From contig CAXBMO010000002.1 in the NCBI GenBank assembly GCA_963977015.1, positions 416,001 through 480,000 of the forward strand: a DNA stretch of 64,000 bases, written 5' to 3'. The position numbers and the translations under genes were made by a program. Of the stretch, positions 1 through 10,254 are shown in pieces; the first letter of the stretch is position 1, and each line of letters opens with the position of its first letter. Under the pieces are notes generated by a model. That model saw only the letters and a program-made list of their open reading frames with translations, was not told the origin of the DNA and did not search any database. Source of the DNA: an uncultured bacterium. Lineage in GTDB: Bacteria; Verrucomicrobiota; Verrucomicrobiia; Verrucomicrobiales; DEV007.

Positions 1-2
1 TC

Positions 3-350
3 CTCATGTTTCCGGAAAAATCCGTGGCGCACGGCTTTGGAAGGTTTCGCGCCTGGTTCGAAACCCATCGGCCCGACGTCATCCTGTCCTTCGACCGACA
101 TGTCCCCGGATGGCTGGAGCAGCGCCTCGGTCTGAGGATTCCGGAGGATATGGGATTCGTGGTCCATGATCTCACGGACGAGTCGCCGCGTTTCGCCGGT
201 CTCGATCACCGGCGGGACGAGCTGGCGCGCGCCGCGGTGGATCTCGTCACCACGCAATTGCAGCAATTCGAATCGGGTGTTCCGGAGACTCCTCGCCAGA
301 TTCTCATTCCACCCCGCTGGGTGGTTGGGCCAAGTGTGCGTCCAGTCTAA
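3..350 (+). CDS. LacI-family transcriptional regulator, C-terminal ligand-binding part (5' truncated by window edge)
   Basis: RPDVIL...GLRIPEDMGFV...AGLDHRRDELARAAVDLV...PRQILIPPRWVVG matches the C-terminus of the LacI-type regulators common in Verrucomicrobia; frame is open at the window start. Confidence 0.75.
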   Translation, partial: LMFPEKSVAHGFGRFRAWFETHRPDVILSFDRHVPGWLEQRLGLRIPEDMGFVVHDLTDESPRFAGLDHRRDELARAAVDLVTTQLQQFESGVPETPRQILIPPRWVVGPSVRPV

Positions 351-355
351 CTAAT

Positions 356-1720
356 CTAATCGTTCACAGGCGCGACAGCAAATGCGTGCGGCCGCGGCGT
401 ACGGCTGGTCAGCGCGTCTTCCTCGTGCGACGCAGCCTGTTTCTGGAGGTCGCCGTATTCAGGCCACCTCTTGATATAGCGCAGAGCCATCGCCGCGCTG
501 TATTGTTTCTTGTCCTCGAAGTGATCGTAATGCGCTTGCACCGCCGCCGGGTCATCGACGTCGACCTTGTAGTAACTCTGCATCCAGCGCCGGGTATTCA
601 ACAGGCTACAGGCCTGGGCTTCCGCATTCCGGCGTTGTTCGTTGTGTTGGGCGACCTCGCGCGCCTGCGCAAGCTGAGGCGTGGCCTTGTTGAATGCGAG
701 ATTGATCCCGCTTGTCAGCTCCTCAGCCTGGTATTGCCCCACGGCGGCGCCATCGATCTGCAATTCGTAGTTGCCAGGGGCCAATCCGGTGACGGAAAGC
801 AGCTGCTGGTTCAGATTGGCCTCGATCGGTAGAAGCGCCAACACCGCTTTGGCTGAAGGATCGGTTGGAAACGGCAACGCGTTCTCCAGAACGGTAAATT
901 CCACCCCGCTATCCTTTTTCGCCACGTCCGTTACCTCGGCATTGACGCTTTCCGTGGTACTTCCCGCTGCGGCATCGACCACCACCTTCGACACGATGGA
1001 AGGAGCGCCCTGCGCCTTGAGAAACAGCCAGGCCATCATCAGGTGACCGGGCCCGCCCGGATGGACGCGGTCCCCGCCGATGATCGTCCACGTCGGGTCT
1101 TCTTTCTGCCGTTTCAGATTGAGCGCGGTCATGGGGCCGTGAAAATCGATCACCGTCCCGTTGTTCTTCGCCGCCAGTTCCCGCACGATCTCGGCGCAGC
1201 GCCCCAATCCATCGTTACAGCCCGGCTGGTTCTGGCGCTCGATCTCCACCGTCTGATCGAACGGCGACGGGGTGAGAAAAATCAGTTTCGGGTCACCGGC
1301 CTCTTCGCGGATCCGGGCCACCACTTTTTCCATGTTGGCCTGGTAGCGATCGAGAGCCTGCTGCTGCGCTTCCCGCTTCTTTTCATCGGGATTGGCCACG
1401 TAGTAACCCCGGCCGACATCGTTCATCCCGAACATGATCACCACCGTGGTCGGCTTATGATCGATGACGTCCTCCTGCAAGCGATTGAGCGAACCTCCCG
1501 ACGTATCCCCCGATCGGCCCGCATTGACGAACCGAACTGTCCGATCCGGGAAACGGGTCAGGTAGTAATCGGCGATCATGCTGTAGTAGCGACCGCCGGC
1601 AGTGATGCTGTCTCCCAGGAAACACACGGTCTCGCCGTCCTCGAACAGCTCGGCACGGGCATCGGTCGCAGGCGCCAGAACACTCCACAGAAAGACAGCA
1701 ACGAAAATCAGACTTCTCAT
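356..1720 (-). CDS. Secreted SGNH/GDSL-family esterase
   Basis: Signal peptide; blocks FLGDSIT, NAGRSGD, FGMND and DRVHP. Confidence 0.9.
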   Translation of the reverse strand: MRSLIFVAVFLWSVLAPATDARAELFEDGETVCFLGDSITAGGRYYSMIADYYLTRFPDRTVRFVNAGRSGDTSGGSLNRLQEDVIDHKPTTVVIMFGMNDVGRGYYVANPDEKKREAQQQALDRYQANMEKVVARIREEAGDPKLIFLTPSPFDQTVEIERQNQPGCNDGLGRCAEIVRELAAKNNGTVIDFHGPMTALNLKRQKEDPTWTIIGGDRVHPGGPGHLMMAWLFLKAQGAPSIVSKVVVDAAAGSTTESVNAEVTDVAKKDSGVEFTVLENALPFPTDPSAKAVLALLPIEANLNQQLLSVTGLAPGNYELQIDGAAVGQYQAEELTSGINLAFNKATPQLAQAREVAQHNEQRRNAEAQACSLLNTRRWMQSYYKVDVDDPAAVQAHYDHFEDKKQYSAAMALRYIKRWPEYGDLQKQAASHEEDALTSRTPRPHAFAVAPVND

Positions 1721-1838
1721 GGTATCCCGCTAGCTTCTTTCCGGCGTTTGGCAAGCGGGCGCTGGAATCACAACCCGCAGTTCGCCGATCTCGCTCGCTA
1801 TGCCGTCGGTGGCTCCGAGGCTGATGAGGATGCCTGGT

Positions 1839-3113
1839 CTACCCGAACAATACCTCAATCGGCTTTCCTCCATCTGTGATCGGCACGGGACGGCCGGACT
1901 CGCGCAGCTCTTTGGACGGGTCGATGCCGAGGGCGGCGTGAATGGTGGCATGGAAGTCGGGCACGGAGACCGGACTCTCCTCGATCTTCTTTCCCTTTTC
2001 CTCATCGGTGACGCCGTAGGCGCCCATGTGGTTTAATCCTCCTCCAGCGAGAATGAGGCTGAAAGCCGTTCCCTGATGGCCTCGGCCGCCCCGGTTGTCG
2101 AACTCGGCGGGCCGCCCAAATTCGGTGCCAACCGCCACGAGCGTTTTGTCGAGTAGGCCCTGCTTTTCCAGATCGCGAATCAGCGCTGAGAGCGCGGTGT
2201 CGAGTTCCTGGATGAGAATGTGCTGATTCAACTGACCCTCGAAATGGGTGTCCCAACCCGTGCCATTGATGAAGTTGAGATTGTGCGAAACTTCGATGAA
2301 ACGCACCCCAGCCTGAGTAAGGCGCCGGGCGAGCAGGCAGCGTTGACCGAATTCGCCGCCGTAGTCTTCGCGAAGCGCGGCGGACTCCTCTTCGAGTTGG
2401 AAATTCCGCATGAATTTTGGTCCGGCCCAACGGCGGGCTTGCGCCTGCAGTTCGGCGTAGTGGGCGATGCCGCGTTCCTTGACTGGGCCGTTGGCCATGG
2501 CGGCGAAGCGCTGGCGGCGTTCGAGTTGGCGCTTGGAGAGTCCTTCCGGCTGAGTGAATCCGGCAGGGCCACTTTGGGTATCGACGAGATGCACACTCGA
2601 ATAGCTGGGGCCGAGGTAACCGGGACCGCGACTGACGTTCGGGTACCCAATCAGCATGTAGGCGGGCACATCGTCCGAGGCGGCGCCGCGTTGGTGCGCG
2701 ACGAGCGAACCAATCGACGGATAAGTGATGGTTCCGCTGATCATGCGGCCGGTGTGGACGTAGTTGGTCGCGAAGGCGTGTTCGTCGACGATGGTGTGGT
2801 TCACCGTCCGAACTGCGGTGAGCCGGTCGGCGACTTTCGCAGTCTTGGAGAGGTGCTCGGTGAATTTCACGCCGGGAACGACGGTATCGATGCTGGCGTA
2901 GTCGGTCCCAGCGATTTTGGGTGTGGAACGCGGGTTCCCGCGGCGCTTGGGATCGAAGGTGTCGAGCTGGCACATGCCGCCCCCGAGCCAGATGAAGATG
3001 CAGTGCTCGGCTTTGCCTTTCGGGAAATGAACGGGCGCCGAAGCGGACGCTCTGGCTAAAGGAGAGGCGGCAACCGCGGCGGCACTCTGGGTCAGAAAGT
3101 TTCGACGATTCAT
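1839..3113 (-). CDS. DUF1501 domain protein with Tat-like signal
   Basis: MNRRNFL N-terminus; CIFIWLGGG..QLDTFDPK, FGQRCLLARRL, GWDTH and TEFGR motifs; downstream of a DUF1549/DUF1553 gene as is typical. Confidence 0.9.
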   Translation of the reverse strand: MNRRNFLTQSAAAVAASPLARASASAPVHFPKGKAEHCIFIWLGGGMCQLDTFDPKRRGNPRSTPKIAGTDYASIDTVVPGVKFTEHLSKTAKVADRLTAVRTVNHTIVDEHAFATNYVHTGRMISGTITYPSIGSLVAHQRGAASDDVPAYMLIGYPNVSRGPGYLGPSYSSVHLVDTQSGPAGFTQPEGLSKRQLERRQRFAAMANGPVKERGIAHYAELQAQARRWAGPKFMRNFQLEEESAALREDYGGEFGQRCLLARRLTQAGVRFIEVSHNLNFINGTGWDTHFEGQLNQHILIQELDTALSALIRDLEKQGLLDKTLVAVGTEFGRPAEFDNRGGRGHQGTAFSLILAGGGLNHMGAYGVTDEEKGKKIEESPVSVPDFHATIHAALGIDPSKELRESGRPVPITDGGKPIEVLFG

Positions 3114-3139
3114 GATCGGCAAATTCGGAGTTTTGGTGT

Positions 3140-6100
3140 TTAGCGAATGTAGATCCACTCGGGTTGATTCAGCGTGTGCCAGAGAAAATCCTCCACGCGC
3201 TCTCGCCAGTCGGCGTTCAATTGATGAGTCGGAGGATCGCCGCGCCGGGCCTTGGCTTCGAGTTCCGACGCAAGGGCGTTGGCGGGGCCGTCGAGGTGAT
3301 TCGACCAAGCCGTGTATTTGGGGCGAACTCGCTTGACATGCTTCTTCGGCGGCAAGTTGTCCCGGCGTTGATCAAAACCGGGCCCGAGCAACTCGATGGC
3401 GAATTTTTTCTCGTCCGCACTCGGCTTGCGGGTGAGGAGGCGAAGGTAGAGTGTGTCGATGAAATCTTCGAGCGATTGATCTTTCAACGCCAACTGCGTG
3501 ATGCCGTGATCGTCGCTGAGGCGCGTCGTCCAGGTCGCCATGGTCCCGTTGGACAGCACCGCGGGTTGGAGCACATTCGGATCGGCCTCCCGCAAGGTCA
3601 CGGGTGACTGTCGGGCGGCGCGCCAGCCGAAAGATTCGAGTACGGTGATGACGGATTGCACCCGCGGTAGCGTTAGGCTGGGACGGTCACGCTCGTTCGA
3701 GGTGGATGCCAGCATCCAGGCGCGACGCGGTTTTCCGAGCGATTTCTGATTGGAGATGCCGTCCACGTCGAAGGTCATTTCCTCGACCTTGAATGGCTTG
3801 CCAGTGGCGGCGAAGAGCGAATCGACGATCTGTTCAGCGGCCATGCGACGCGGCGCGGGACCAACGTAGAGCGGTTCGGTTTCCAACAGCTCGGGCAGGC
3901 TGGCGCGCTGGTAAGCGTGTGAGGTAAAAATGAGACGCGACACCGCTTTCAGGCTATAACCCGAACGGACGAATTCGCGTCCCAGCCAGCGCAGGAGTTC
4001 GGGATGGGTGGCCCCGGATTTTTCCCAATCATCCGGCCTTTCCACCAGACCGCGTCCCATGAGACGTTGCCAGACCCGGTTCACCATGACTTCAGCGAAA
4101 CGTTCATTCTCCGGCGCGGTAATGAGCGCGGCCAGTTGCTCTCGCGTGTTCTTGGGATCAGCGGCCAGCTCTTGGAAAGCGTCTTTGCTGGAAAACTGCT
4201 CGAAGGGCCAGACCGGTTGCACATCGACTCCCGGTTTCAGGGTGACTTGAATCAACGGCTTGCGACCGCCCTCGCTAAGTTCATCGAGAGAAACACTGCT
4301 CGATTTGGGCACTTGGACGGGCTTTTTCGACAGCATGGCCGCCAACTGAAAAAGCTGCTCCTGCTTTGAACTACGCACCGGCGAATCGTGGCAGCGGGCG
4401 CATTTCATCTGCACGCCAAGGAAGGCCCCGGCGAGAATAGCGCCCTTTTCCGCCATCGGAGAATCGTTCTGCCCAGCGGTCGCAAAACCAGCGGGTCCGC
4501 CGTCGTTCGAACTCCCTTTCATACCGATGAGTTCGGTGACGAAAGCGTCCATCGGTTGGTCGTCACGCAGGGAGTCGTAGATCCACCAGCGGAAAGGCCC
4601 AGTGTTGTTCAGGCTACCGGCGATCATGTTAGGATTCTCCGCCAACACGTCCAGCCAGTAGCCCATCCAGTGATCTGCCCAGCGGGGATCGCCAAGAAGC
4701 CGGTCGATCGCCTTCTCGCGTCGTCTCCCGGAGTCGTCATCGAGAAAAGCGCGGATTTCCTCGACGCTCGGCAGCACGCCCACGGTATCCAGCGTGACGC
4801 GGCGGAGAAAGGTCAGGTCGTCGGCTAACGGCGGCATCTCCAGCGTCGTCACCTGGAATTCAGGCCAGTTCGCGCCCTGCTCGATCCAAGTTTTCAGTAG
4901 CGCAACTTCCTCGGACGTGAGGCGATCATCCTTGGGCGGCATGATTTCGTCCTCGTCGTTGGTCGTCACGCGATAAAACAGTTCGCTGCCGTCCGGATCG
5001 CCGGGCTTAAGGGCAGGATAGCCGGAATCGCCGCCTTTGCGTGCGGCTGCTAGTGTATCCAGTCGCAAACCGCCTTTGGCTTTGTCGCCTTTGTGACAAC
5101 TGTTGCAACGGCTTTCCAAAAGCGGCTTGATATCCTGGTAGAAATCCGGGCCATCTTGTTGGGAGTTCTCATAGGCAGGCGCGACTTCTGCAATGCGGGC
5201 AGCGATGAAATGATCGATTTCGTTGTGTGCGGGCATTCCCCCCGGTAACTCAGGCACCGGTTCCTCAGTCGTCGAAGCCAGCCAGGCTTGGGCTTTCTCA
5301 TGACGCTGATTCCAGTAGTCCGCGAATTCGGCCCGTTTGGCGAGACGACGCTCGGTGTTGATCGCGTCGATGTGCTCTCGGCGTTCGGCCTCGTAAGCGG
5401 CCCAGCCCTCGTCGGTATAAGGAACCTCGCGGCCGGAGGGAGATATCAACTGCCAAGTATCCTCGCCTTCGCGCGACCAGGCGGCCACGGTTTCGCCGAG
5501 CCCCGGATGAATCGTCCCGAACACGGTTTCCAGCACCACGAGATGCGGTTGTTCTCCGGTGGACTCGAACTCACACCAGTCCTCGCGGTTGCCCGGAGGG
5601 GCGAAGCGAAAATCGGGACCGAGATCGAGATAACGCTCCTGCTCTGAAGTCAGGTGGTGGCCGTTCAGGCTCGAAGGCATCAGCGGAGTGTCGAGCACCG
5701 TTTTCCCGTCGATGATCAGCCGGGAAATCCCGCGCGCCCGGAGGAGAATCCGGTGTTTGCCCTTGGGAAGTGACACCAGACCGGAGGCCCGGAGGAAAGT
5801 GTTGTCCGGCGAATATCCAATCACCCCCGTATCCATGTAGACCTTGGGCAGCTCGAAAAAACCGAACACGTCCTCCGTCATGATCTCGCTCGCGACCGGC
5901 GGCGTGTCCGGCCATTCGCGGCGCCCCGGAACGCCTTTCGCGCACAACTCCACCCGCACCTCACCCGGCTTCACGTCGTCCCGCGTCACCGGCGTTGGAG
6001 GCGGTTCAATCGCGTAGCGCTCCTCGATCTCTGAGTTTTTCAAAATACCGCGATGAACCACCAGCGAATCGATTCGCCCTTGGAAAAAAGTCTTCTCTTC

Positions 6101-6799
6101 GCCCTCGGCCCTGCTGCCGCCAAGCCGGAGATCGCCCGGGCGTTGCACCGGCCCGCGAGTGGTAGACTTCTCCCATTTCCCCGAAAACAGCTGCATCCGT
6201 CCGTTCATGAAGAGCAGCATGCTGCTGGGATCGCCATAGGTGTAGCGGAAGACGACATGGTGCCATTCGAGTCCCGTGAGGTCGATCGTTCCGCTCCACC
6301 ACTGGTGACGTGTGGGAACCTCGCCCTCCTTCTCCGGTTCAGCCGCGAAACAGAATCCTACCTTCATCGAACTGGAGCTGAGGCGCTCCACCATGAGCGA
6401 GTAATTGAGGTTATCGTCAGCCTTCCCCGCAAGCTCGGGATCACCTTTGGCGAGGAGAAAACCCGGTTGTTTTTCCTTCAACTCCTTCGGCGCGATCCAG
6501 AAATCGAAGGTCAACGAATCACCGTGTTTGAAGCTCGGAACTTGATCGCTTGGAATCACGATTTCATCGCCATCTTTGAACTCCGCCGCGTTGTTTTCCG
6601 CATTGAAAAGCGGATGTAGCGGCGGGCGCGGACCTGCCACCGTATTCGGCCAGGTTGCGAGAGTGTCTTTGCCGTCAAAGTTCCAAGTCAGCGCAGGCAC
6701 GGCAGGCGGCAGACTTTCGTCGTCCGGAGCCGCAGCGTGGATCGCTAGCGGCGCAACGAACGCAAGGGCCAAACGAAGAAAACAAATACGGCGCAACAT
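3140..6799 (-). CDS. Secreted LamG-like + planctomycete cytochrome c + DUF1549 (PSCyt2) + DUF1553 (PSD1) protein
   Basis: Signal peptide; EWHHVVF/FQGRIDSL (LamG); two CxxCH (RCNSCH, KCARCH); DDLTFLRR, VNRVWQRLMGRGLV, HPELLRWL, RRMAAEQIVDSL. Confidence 0.88.
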   Translation of the reverse strand: MLRRICFLRLALAFVAPLAIHAAAPDDESLPPAVPALTWNFDGKDTLATWPNTVAGPRPPLHPLFNAENNAAEFKDGDEIVIPSDQVPSFKHGDSLTFDFWIAPKELKEKQPGFLLAKGDPELAGKADDNLNYSLMVERLSSSSMKVGFCFAAEPEKEGEVPTRHQWWSGTIDLTGLEWHHVVFRYTYGDPSSMLLFMNGRMQLFSGKWEKSTTRGPVQRPGDLRLGGSRAEGEEKTFFQGRIDSLVVHRGILKNSEIEERYAIEPPPTPVTRDDVKPGEVRVELCAKGVPGRREWPDTPPVASEIMTEDVFGFFELPKVYMDTGVIGYSPDNTFLRASGLVSLPKGKHRILLRARGISRLIIDGKTVLDTPLMPSSLNGHHLTSEQERYLDLGPDFRFAPPGNREDWCEFESTGEQPHLVVLETVFGTIHPGLGETVAAWSREGEDTWQLISPSGREVPYTDEGWAAYEAERREHIDAINTERRLAKRAEFADYWNQRHEKAQAWLASTTEEPVPELPGGMPAHNEIDHFIAARIAEVAPAYENSQQDGPDFYQDIKPLLESRCNSCHKGDKAKGGLRLDTLAAARKGGDSGYPALKPGDPDGSELFYRVTTNDEDEIMPPKDDRLTSEEVALLKTWIEQGANWPEFQVTTLEMPPLADDLTFLRRVTLDTVGVLPSVEEIRAFLDDDSGRRREKAIDRLLGDPRWADHWMGYWLDVLAENPNMIAGSLNNTGPFRWWIYDSLRDDQPMDAFVTELIGMKGSSNDGGPAGFATAGQNDSPMAEKGAILAGAFLGVQMKCARCHDSPVRSSKQEQLFQLAAMLSKKPVQVPKSSSVSLDELSEGGRKPLIQVTLKPGVDVQPVWPFEQFSSKDAFQELAADPKNTREQLAALITAPENERFAEVMVNRVWQRLMGRGLVERPDDWEKSGATHPELLRWLGREFVRSGYSLKAVSRLIFTSHAYQRASLPELLETEPLYVGPAPRRMAAEQIVDSLFAATGKPFKVEEMTFDVDGISNQKSLGKPRRAWMLASTSNERDRPSLTLPRVQSVITVLESFGWRAARQSPVTLREADPNVLQPAVLSNGTMATWTTRLSDDHGITQLALKDQSLEDFIDTLYLRLLTRKPSADEKKFAIELLGPGFDQRRDNLPPKKHVKRVRPKYTAWSNHLDGPANALASELEAKARRGDPPTHQLNADWRERVEDFLWHTLNQPEWIYIR

Positions 6800-7393
6800 C
6801 AGGTTAGGAAATGGGGCTTGATCACGTAAACGATGATCGGGTAATTCCGTAACTGTCAACATTCGTTGCAAAAATGCATCTCTTGAGACGTACCACTTTC
6901 GTGTGTCCCTAACGTTGGTCGAAATCCCTGATCCGGAAAAATCCGCTGAACGGGTGATCGATTCCAAGTTTCTCGATCATCCGGAGATTCGCTACGGTGT
7001 AGGAACGGTTTTCAGAGTTCAAATCCACTGCGGACCGGGGTAAAGAGAGCCCGCGAAAGCGGGATAGTTGTGCCTTGATGGTGTCCCCAAATCGGGTATA
7101 CCAAGATTATGCTGGTTCCTGGAGTTCTTGAACACTTGAAATGGGTTAGGCCGGCCGCGATTTCGGAGATCGCCGTTTGCTTTTCAGGTCGGGTTGTTAA
7201 AAACCAGGAGGTATTGATGTTCCCCGCAAGAATAGTCCATCCAGACTTCTCATGGAATCTCGCGAGCTTCTTTTCGGATTTTGGCAAGCGGCGGAATTGG
7301 TTCTCGGAGCCCAAGCGCCTTGACCAGACAAAAACCATTTCTACGGTGGCGTGGCGCTCTCGGGAACCACACACCGGGAGGCTGCCAATTTCC

Positions 7394-8260
7394 ATGTTTT
7401 CAAAACCCTTGTTATTCCCAGGCCTCGCACTTGCAGTGGCGACGCTGATTCTCACCACGGGTCCGGTCGCTGCCGAACATTTTCACGTCTATCTGATCGG
7501 CGGGCAATCCAATGCCCAAGGACGCGGTGACGCAGCCCAATTACCGGCGAATCTCGCGGCTCCCCAAAAGGATGTCCGCTTCTATTGGCATCGCACCCAG
7601 GATACCGACAATGTGGGTCATCTTGCGGAGGATCAATGGATCGACCTGGCTCCTGGTTCGGGACACGGACGGATTCCACCGGTTCGCGAGAAGGAGTTTG
7701 GCCCGGAAATTTCCTTTGGCCGAGCCCTGGCAGATGCACATCCCGACCGGCATATCGCGGTGATCAAGTATTCCCATGGTGGCTCGAATCTTCATTCGGA
7801 CTGGGCCGCGGGCGGGCTGCGTTACGAGATCTTCCGTTCGACCGTCAAGGACGCCCTCGCCGCGTTGACGGCGGACGGTCACACTTGGGAATTAGGCGGG
7901 ATAATTTGGCAGCAAGGCGAGGGCGACACCGGCTCGCCACACGCGGAAAACTATGCGAAAAACCTGACTGATTTGATCTCGCGAATTCGCCGGGATTTGT
8001 TCGAGGAGAAGCCTTTGCCTTTCGTCATCGGCAGCGTCTCCAACAGCCAGAGCCAATCGGTCGAGACTCCGGGGAGCGGAATGTTTCTTGTGCGAAAGGC
8101 GCAGGAGAACGTCGCGAAATCCGACGCGACGGTGGGCTTCGTCAACTCGGATGGATTCCCAACGCGTCCCAGCGATCCGGTCCATTTTGATCATCAAGGG
8201 TTGATCCTGCTGGGGAAGGCTCATGCCGAAGCGTTAATCCGCCTTGAGGGCGAATCCTGA
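7394..8260 (+). CDS. Secreted sialate O-acetylesterase (SASA)/carbohydrate esterase
   Basis: GGQSNA, FGPEISF, WQQGEGD and DPVHFD motifs; signal peptide from ATG 7394. Confidence 0.88.
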   Translation: MFSKPLLFPGLALAVATLILTTGPVAAEHFHVYLIGGQSNAQGRGDAAQLPANLAAPQKDVRFYWHRTQDTDNVGHLAEDQWIDLAPGSGHGRIPPVREKEFGPEISFGRALADAHPDRHIAVIKYSHGGSNLHSDWAAGGLRYEIFRSTVKDALAALTADGHTWELGGIIWQQGEGDTGSPHAENYAKNLTDLISRIRRDLFEEKPLPFVIGSVSNSQSQSVETPGSGMFLVRKAQENVAKSDATVGFVNSDGFPTRPSDPVHFDHQGLILLGKAHAEALIRLEGES

Positions 8261-8507
8261 ACATCTGAGCGGCTCACCTGCCGAATCCAGCCCCCGATTT
8301 GGAAGCTGGCAGTTTGCGGGCGGAGCGTCCATGCCAGCCGTTTTCGAATCTCTCATCTCTTTACAAACACCTCCGTTTTGATGCATTCTGTAGGGTATTG
8401 TCCAACTACGAAAACGAAGGGGCGGCAGTTCCCCCTGTTGAATCTCAGCCCCCGACGCGGCTAATGGCGCTCCGCACCGCCATGGTTCGCCCCCTCCCCT
8501 TTCTCTC

Positions 8508-9980
8508 ATGACCACCAAGCTCTCCACCCCGAACCTGGTTAACCTCGACCCGAAGATTCGCGTCCCGCGCTACGATCGAACCAAAGTCGGCCAGTCAATG
8601 ATGCACGTGGGAGTTGGCGGCTTTCATCGCGCCCACCAGGCCGTCTATATCGACCATCTCCTGAACCAGGGCGGAGATCCGGCGTGGGGCTACTGTGGCG
8701 TCGGATTGCTGAAGCTCGACGCCCGGATTCGCGATGTGATGCGTTCCCAGGATTGCCTCTACACCGTGGTCGAGCGAAGTTCGGAAGGCGATACCGCCAG
8801 CATCGTTGGTTCGATCGTCAATTTTGTGTTCGCCCCGGACAACCGGGAAGAGGTGCTCGAGCAAATGGCTTCTCCTGAAACCCGTATCGTCTCGCTGACG
8901 ATCACCGAGGGCGGTTATTATCTCGACTCGAACGGTGAACTGGATGCGAACCATCCGGATCTGAAAAAGGATCTCGCCACCCCGCATGAGCCTTCGTGTT
9001 CGTTCGGCTACCTCTTGGAAGCGCTCGACCGCCGACGCCAACGCGGACTGGCTCCCTTTACCCTGATGTCCTGCGACAACATCCAGGGCAACGGAGAAGT
9101 CGCCAGGAAAATGCTGACGGCCTTTGCCGAATTGAGGGATCCCGTCCTGCGCAACTGGATGGACGAAAATTGCCTCTTTCCCAACAGCATGGTGGACCGC
9201 ATTACCCCGGCCACGACCGACGAGCTTCGATTGCTGGTTAGCGACAAATTCGGAATCGAAGATGGCTGGCCGGTCATGACCGAACCGTTCAAGCAATGGG
9301 TCATCGAGGATCACTTCGTGCAGGGGCGCCCGAAATGGGAGGAAGTGGGCGCGCAAATGACGACCGACGTGCTGCCCTACGAGCTGATGAAGCTGCGCCT
9401 GCTCAACGCCAGTCACCAGGCACTTTGCTACGTCGGCCTGTTGCTGGGATACGAGCACGTTCACGAAACCATGCAGGACGACGATATCCGGATGCTGGTG
9501 AAGAAGATGATGGATCAGGAGGCGACCGATACCTTGTCTCCCGTGCCAGGCGTTGATCTCGATGACTACAAAAACTCCGTGATCGGGCGTTTCGCCAATC
9601 CGGCCATTAAGGATCAGCTTTCCCGAATCGGTTTCTATGGTTCTGCGGGGATTCCCAAATTCGTGCTGCCGTCCATCACCGACCAGCTCGGCAAGGACGG
9701 GCCGATCAGGCTCCTGAGCTTTGTCGTTGCGTCATGGTTTCGCTATCTGAACGGCATGGACGATTCCGGGAAGGAAATGCCGATGCTCGATCCCCTTGCT
9801 CCAAAACTGCGCGAACTCGCTGCGGGCGGTGGCGAGGATGCCCGAAAGCTTCTTGCTGTCCGGGAAGTTTTCGGCGACGAACTTGCGAACACGCCCGCCT
9901 TTGTCGAGTCGGTTACAGCAACCCTCGAAAGTTTTTACAAGAAGGGCGCAAGAGCGACCTTGAACCAGCACATCCGCTGA
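8508..9980 (+). CDS. Mannitol dehydrogenase family (mannitol 2-dehydrogenase-like) oxidoreductase
   Basis: HVGVGGFHRAHQA, SLTITEGGY, SCDN, FPNSMVDRITP, KLRLLNASH. Confidence 0.93.
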   Translation: MTTKLSTPNLVNLDPKIRVPRYDRTKVGQSMMHVGVGGFHRAHQAVYIDHLLNQGGDPAWGYCGVGLLKLDARIRDVMRSQDCLYTVVERSSEGDTASIVGSIVNFVFAPDNREEVLEQMASPETRIVSLTITEGGYYLDSNGELDANHPDLKKDLATPHEPSCSFGYLLEALDRRRQRGLAPFTLMSCDNIQGNGEVARKMLTAFAELRDPVLRNWMDENCLFPNSMVDRITPATTDELRLLVSDKFGIEDGWPVMTEPFKQWVIEDHFVQGRPKWEEVGAQMTTDVLPYELMKLRLLNASHQALCYVGLLLGYEHVHETMQDDDIRMLVKKMMDQEATDTLSPVPGVDLDDYKNSVIGRFANPAIKDQLSRIGFYGSAGIPKFVLPSITDQLGKDGPIRLLSFVVASWFRYLNGMDDSGKEMPMLDPLAPKLRELAAGGGEDARKLLAVREVFGDELANTPAFVESVTATLESFYKKGARATLNQHIR

Positions 9981-10254
9981 TCCTTCCGGCTAACCCAACC
10001 CAGTGAGACAGCGATGATCAAAACAGTGACGTCCGAGACTTCGAGCCGTTCCCTAACACCCTCGCTGGTGAGTTTAGAGTAGCCATCAATCACGCATCAT
10101 AGTAGGATGAGAGAACAATGCGTATTTCACAGCATGTCCGGCCCCGGTCGCGAGTAGTTCGGCAGACTACGAAGCTCGCCCGCTCCACGGTTTCTGAGGA
10201 AGGATCGACAATTGCGGACTTCCGCCCCCTGTCACACCAGTTGGGAGGAAATCA

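Noticed and set aside
7012-7458. 148-aa minus ORF and the 7109 upstream extension of the esterase
   Set aside because: No recognisable protein features; the esterase signal peptide begins at 7394
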